A DNA stretch of 64,000 nt from a bacterium. Its GTDB lineage: Bacteria; UBA8248. Positions within the stretch are counted from its first letter, which is position 1; each line of letters begins with the position of its first letter. The translations under genes and the position numbers were made by a program. Below the pieces are notes generated by a model. The model had not been told where the DNA came from and made no database searches. It was given only the letters and a program-made list of their open reading frames with translations. This document shows, in pieces, positions 59,764 to 64,000 of this stretch. The stretch is from the NCBI GenBank assembly GCA_965218885.1, contig OZ244713.1, forward strand, positions 2,800,769-2,864,768. The letters are read 5' to 3'.

Positions 59764-60633
59764 ATGTCCAAAACCTTCACCCTTCTTATCGTTCACGCGC
59801 ACCCCGACGATGAGTGCAGCAGCACGGGCGGTCTGATTCTCAAGAGCGCGCGGGAAGGCCACCGCGTCATACTCATCACCTGCACCAACGGCGAGATGGG
59901 CGAGATGAAGCATCTGGGCATGAATCTCGACCCCGATTCCGAGACGGACAGGCAAAGGCTCGGGGAAATCAGAAGAGAAGAACTCACCCGGGCGGCGCAG
60001 ATCTTGAACGTCTCGCAGGTTCACACCCTGGGCTATCGCGACTCCGGCATGGACGGCTGGGAGGGCAACGGGCATCCCGAGGCGTTCAAAAACGCCGATG
60101 AGGAAGAAGTCGTCGGCAAGATAGTGGGCTACATACGCCGCTATCGCCCGGACGTGGTCGTCACCTACAACGAGCAGGGCGGATACGGCCACCCCGATCA
60201 CGTGATGGCCAACAAGGTCACGACGGAGGCGATAGAGGCGGCCGCGGACCCCGACAGATTCCCCGAGGCCGGGCGAGAGGTCTGGCGGGTCCCCAAGCTC
60301 TACCACACGGCGTGGGCGCGCTCGAAGATGCTGCGCGCCTGGCGCTGGATGAGGTTTCTCGGTCAAAAAACGCCGCTCGATGATCCGGATTTCAGAGAAG
60401 ATAAATACGGGACGCCGGATGAACTCATCACCACCCGCGTGAACATCAGCAGGCACCTTCGCCGCAAATGGCGCGCGCTCATTGCGCACAAGAGTCAAAT
60501 CAACGGAAATTTCTTCTGGTGGTTCGTCCGCATGACGGGGCGCTGGCTCTACAACGAGGAATCCTTCGTTTGCGCCCACTCGCAGATTGAGGTGCGGAAG
60601 AACGAGCGGTCGGTGTTCGAGGGCCTATCCTGA
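59764..60633 (+). CDS. PIG-L family deacetylase (MshB/Mca-like)
   Basis: HAHPDDE, TCTNGEMG, GYRDSGM, GGYGHPDH, AHKSQ. Confidence 0.9.
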   Translation: MSKTFTLLIVHAHPDDECSSTGGLILKSAREGHRVILITCTNGEMGEMKHLGMNLDPDSETDRQRLGEIRREELTRAAQILNVSQVHTLGYRDSGMDGWEGNGHPEAFKNADEEEVVGKIVGYIRRYRPDVVVTYNEQGGYGHPDHVMANKVTTEAIEAAADPDRFPEAGREVWRVPKLYHTAWARSKMLRAWRWMRFLGQKTPLDDPDFREDKYGTPDELITTRVNISRHLRRKWRALIAHKSQINGNFFWWFVRMTGRWLYNEESFVCAHSQIEVRKNERSVFEGLS

Positions 60634-61023
60634 GCCCTCTGAGAGGGGCCTGCTGACCTCGATCAAAAAACCGTTCGGGTCCTTCAGCATGAACATGCGC
60701 ACGCCCCACGGGGCGTTGCGGGGAGGGAACACGACCTCCGCTCCCTTTTCGGTGAGCGCGTCATAGGCGCGGTCCACGTCCTCGGGCGTGAGCGTCACCA
60801 CGACGCCGGAGCCTCTGGGTTCCCGGAGGGGTTCGAGATTCCATTTCCTCATCTCCTCATCCGGGATCGGCGCGTGGATGATGAGCGAGGTTCCTCCCAG
60901 TTCATAGCGAACGTGGTCTTTCGCCCGGCTCGCTTCTTTCAATCCCAGCGTTTCGGTATAAAAACGACAAGACGCCTCGTAGTCTTTGGTGATGAGAAAA
61001 ACGGCGGGCAGCGATTCGAACAA
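60625..61023 (-). CDS. VOC/glyoxalase family protein
   Basis: TTG 61023 after SD AAGGAG; FYTETLGL, DVDRAY, PWGVRMFMLKDPNGFLIE. Confidence 0.88.
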   Translation of the reverse strand: MFESLPAVFLITKDYEASCRFYTETLGLKEASRAKDHVRYELGGTSLIIHAPIPDEEMRKWNLEPLREPRGSGVVVTLTPEDVDRAYDALTEKGAEVVFPPRNAPWGVRMFMLKDPNGFLIEVSRPLSEGSG

Positions 61024-61069
61024 GATGAAGACTCCTTGATTTTCGGATGTATTCGTTTGGAGAAACGGT

Positions 61070-61753
61070 ATGCCCCATCCTCTGGTCGAGTTGAAAGAGG
61101 TCTCCAAAACCTACGTCGCGGGCGACGCGCTCGTCCACGCGCTCAAAGACGTGAGCTTCCGGGCGGAACCAGGCGAGTTTATCACGGTTTCGGGCCCGAG
61201 CGGGTCGGGCAAGAGCACGCTTCTGCACTTGATGGGCGCGGTCGACGCCCCCTCGAGCGGCGAGGTCTTTTTCGACGGACGGGACATATCTGGCCTCAAC
61301 GATGAAGGTTTGAGCGAAATTCGCCTGAAAGAGGTGGGTTTCATCCATCAGTTTTTCCATCTCATGCCGACGATGACCGCGTATGAAAACGTCGCCCTGC
61401 CCCTCGTGCTCCAAGGCCAGAAACGGGCGGAGACCAATGAAGTGGTCGAAAACGCACTGGCGCGTGTGGGGCTTGAGAACCGGATGCGCAGCTTCCCGAG
61501 GCAACTCTCGGGCGGTGAGATGCAAAGGGTGGCCGTCGCGCGCGCCATCATCCACAAGCCCCGCCTCATCCTCGCCGATGAGCCGACGGGGAATCTCGAT
61601 TCCGAGAATTCGCAGAAAGTCCTGGAACTCATTTCGGAACTCCACAAAGAAGATGGTTTTACGGTCGTCATGGCCACGCACGACAAGATGCCCTTGCGCT
61701 ACGCCACGCGGAGTGTCGGGATAACCGATGGCCGCCTGGAGGGGGGGTGTTGA
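61070..61753 (+). CDS. ABC transporter ATP-binding protein (LolD/MacB-like)
   Basis: GPSGSGKST, LSGGEMQRVAVARA, LADEPTGNLD, H-loop ATHD. The last codons and stop come from the inserted element. Confidence 0.95.
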   Translation: MPHPLVELKEVSKTYVAGDALVHALKDVSFRAEPGEFITVSGPSGSGKSTLLHLMGAVDAPSSGEVFFDGRDISGLNDEGLSEIRLKEVGFIHQFFHLMPTMTAYENVALPLVLQGQKRAETNEVVENALARVGLENRMRSFPRQLSGGEMQRVAVARAIIHKPRLILADEPTGNLDSENSQKVLELISELHKEDGFTVVMATHDKMPLRYATRSVGITDGRLEGGC

Positions 61754-62315
61754 AAAAGACCTGGTTTCGTAATTCGGCGTATGGAACCAACCGACGAGAA
61801 CGCCTAACAAAAACTCCCTTTAAAGGGGTTGTTGAAAAAGCCCCTCGATGCGGGAAAACCACCGTCATTCCGGCGAAAGCTGGAATCCATTTTATGATTT
61901 TTGCTTTCGTTTTCGCATTTGATTCCGACTCGCGGGAGGGAGCGTCGCGCCCGAATCCGGAACGGATGAGGTGGATATATATGGCGGAGTCCGTATCTTT
62001 CCCGGCCGGGAGCGAGGACGTCCGGGCGAAAGGCCAAAAACAAAGGCGAAAATGGATTCCGGCTTTCGCCGGAATGACGAACAAAACCACATCGCCTCTT
62101 GTAGTGACAGCCCCTCCACGGGGCTGTCCCACAGGTCGCGACCTGTCCCTACGGCGAACGATCTTGAAAGTCGGACAAGGGTTTTTTCAACAACCCCCTC
62201 AAGGGGGGAGTGATTCTCTTCTCTCTCGTCTGTTGGCAATGCTGTTCATAAGCGAAGTTCGCAGCCGCGCCGGTGGGGGTGAATTCCGAGCGAGTAGAGG
62301 TTTTTCCACAACCCC
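61743..62315. mobile_element. MITE-like composite element (copy 2) with 5-bp GGAGG target-site duplication
   Basis: Outer TIRs GGGGGTGTTGAAAAA (61743) and TTTTTCCACAACCCC (ending 62315), flanked by GGAGG at 61738-61742 and 62316-62320. Inner TIR pair 61825-62197; ATTCC-N8-GGAAT pair 61864-61889 and 62053-62078; GTAG REPs 62101-62152. Confidence 0.8.
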
Positions 62316-62330
62316 GGAGGAGGCGGGCTG

Positions 62331-64000
62331 ATGGGCGTCTTGGGCGCGCTCTTGCGTCTTCTCGCCTGGCGGCGCCTGAAGGAAGAGCCGTTTCGCCTGC
62401 TGCTCACGCTGGTGGGCGTGGCGCTTGGCGTCGCCGTGTTCATCGCCATCAAGCTCGCGAACGGGGCGTCCACCCAGGCGTTTGAGAACAGCTTGGTGGC
62501 CATTTCCGGAAAGACGCAACTGGAAGTTTCCGCAGGCGGTCTGGGCGTGAATGAAGAGTTGATTCTGCGGCTCCGGGCGATGCGGGAGGTGAAAAGAGCG
62601 GCGCCTGTCATCCAGCAACACGCCTGGGTGAGGAGGGCGGACGGCTCAGGCGCCAGGTGGCGGCGCGGCGCGCCATCGCAAGGACGCGCCGTCCTGGCTT
62701 TGGGGCTCGACTTGCTGGGGGATAATGATTTCAGGGGCTATGCGTTCGAGAATAAATACTCGCGCGAGCAAATTCTCTCGCGCATCGCCGACCCACGGGG
62801 TCTGTTCATCGCCCGGGGCGTAGCCGATGCGCTGGGCGTCGGTGTAGGCGATTTCGTCGAAATCGAGGCCGCGCGCAGAATGCGCTTTCGCGTGCGGGGC
62901 GTCCTTAGACCTGAGGGCATGGCGAAATCCATGGACGGCCGCCTCCTCATCATGGATATCGGCGTCGCGCAAGAAGTTTTTGAGCGTTTCGGCTGTTTGG
63001 ACCGGATCGATCTGATTCTAGAAGATAAGGGCGAAATCGGGTCGGTCAGTAAAAAGATTCAAAATCTCCTGCCGTCCGGCGCGGTGGCCGCGCGGCCTGC
63101 GCGGCGCGGAAGCGACGTGGAGAAAATGCTGGCGTCGTTTCAGTTGAACCTCACGGTGCTGAGCGTCATCGCGCTGCTGGTGGGCTGTTTTCTGATCTAC
63201 AACACGATGTCGGCATCGGTATTGCGGCGCAGGGGTGAAATCGCCACCCTGCGCTCGCTGGGCATGACGGCCAAGGCGATCATCTTTCTCTACGGAGCGG
63301 AGGCGTTTTGCATCGGCTTGGCGGGCTCGTGTCTGGGCGTTGCGATGGGGGTGTTCATGGCCCAGGGCGCGCTTTCGTTCATCACCCAGACGATCCGCAA
63401 CCTGTACGCATTTCTGGAAGTGCGTCATGTCCCCCTGGGTCCCGAGGCGCTCCTTTGGGGATTCGGCGTAGGGCTGGGCGTTTCTCTCGTGTCCGGTCTT
63501 TTTCCGGCGGTGGCGGCGTCGCGTCAGACTCCGCGCCAGGGCGTCGTGGACAGGCGGGGAAAAGTGGAGGTGCGGCCTGCGGTCACCGCCGCCCTGGTTG
63601 TAAGCGCCCTGCTCGTCGCCTTCATCGCCTATTGGCTGAATATACAGGCGCTGGCGCGAGGAACTCCTCTGCCCGGCTATCTATCGGCGGCGGCGGTCAT
63701 TCTGGCCACCGCGCTCGCGAGCCTGCCGGTCGTCTTGTTCGGCTCTTTCGTCGTCCGGCGCATGCTGGGCGGAAGCGCCAACGGTTGGCTCGCCGCGCAC
63801 GGTTTGGGTAGGCATCCGCATCGCAACGGCGTCACGCTGTCTTCATTGGCGATCGCCGTGGCCATGCTGGTGAGCCTCATCATCATGATCGAGAGTTTCA
63901 GGGCCACGGTGGAAATCTGGACGCATCAGACGCTCAAGGCGGATTTCTACGCAGCACCCGCGGCGCGCTTCATCAAGGGCTCACGGGCGAGCATCTCGGA
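62331..64000 (+). CDS. ABC transporter permease, FtsX/MacB-like (runs off the window end)
   Basis: ATG 62331; LLTLVGVALGVAVFIAIKLAN; MLASFQLNLTVLSVIALLVGCFLIYNTM..RRRGEIATLRSLG. Absent from the ORF track because it has no stop in the window. Confidence 0.92.
   Translation, partial: MGVLGALLRLLAWRRLKEEPFRLLLTLVGVALGVAVFIAIKLANGASTQAFENSLVAISGKTQLEVSAGGLGVNEELILRLRAMREVKRAAPVIQQHAWVRRADGSGARWRRGAPSQGRAVLALGLDLLGDNDFRGYAFENKYSREQILSRIADPRGLFIARGVADALGVGVGDFVEIEAARRMRFRVRGVLRPEGMAKSMDGRLLIMDIGVAQEVFERFGCLDRIDLILEDKGEIGSVSKKIQNLLPSGAVAARPARRGSDVEKMLASFQLNLTVLSVIALLVGCFLIYNTMSASVLRRRGEIATLRSLGMTAKAIIFLYGAEAFCIGLAGSCLGVAMGVFMAQGALSFITQTIRNLYAFLEVRHVPLGPEALLWGFGVGLGVSLVSGLFPAVAASRQTPRQGVVDRRGKVEVRPAVTAALVVSALLVAFIAYWLNIQALARGTPLPGYLSAAAVILATALASLPVVLFGSFVVRRMLGGSANGWLAAHGLGRHPHRNGVTLSSLAIAVAMLVSLIIMIESFRATVEIWTHQTLKADFYAAPAARFIKGSRASIS

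Noticed and set aside
61748-61807. TGT-TGA (Cys-Sec-like) at the end of the ABC ATPase
   Set aside because: The codons come from the inserted TIR; the reconstructed ancestral end is LEEAG*, so this is not recoding.

Overview
GC-rich bacterial chromosomal window. The romR-valS-birA-coaX synteny, TolC, HspR and the DUF2168/DUF1844 genes suggest a diderm deltaproteobacteria-like or Nitrospinota-like lineage (inference). Most of it is housekeeping: rpe; ffh-rpsP-rimM-trmD-SPOUT-rplS; rnhB-yraN; coaX-birA-valS; mltG-ruvX-tolC; ribF; tRNA-Leu(CAG); a clpB-dnaK-dnaJ-hspR-htpX-grpE-dnaJ chaperone cluster; rpoZ; queA; trmJ; korAB; an ABC exporter. Five things stand out. (1) Two convergent genes that the ORF track truncates each carry an in-frame TGA at a Cys-equivalent position followed by a SECIS-like hairpin: an ArsC/thioredoxin-fold UxxC protein (27283-27633) and a CUAEP-tail radical SAM enzyme (27649-29103), next to an IscA-type Fe-S carrier. 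This is a candidate selenium-dependent metalloid/redox module. (2) A family of nested, non-coding inverted-repeat elements occurs at three loci; one has a 5-bp GGAGG target duplication and split a formerly TGATG-coupled ABC operon. (3) A 982-aa membrane-anchored coiled-coil protein ends in a MotB/OmpA domain. (4) A Tat-less molybdoenzyme operon includes a ferredoxin-NrfD fusion. (5) An orphan Zn-finger/GIY-YIG/TM gene is present. No CRISPR array, rRNA, integrase or transposase was seen. All calls come from reading the sequence; no searches were run.
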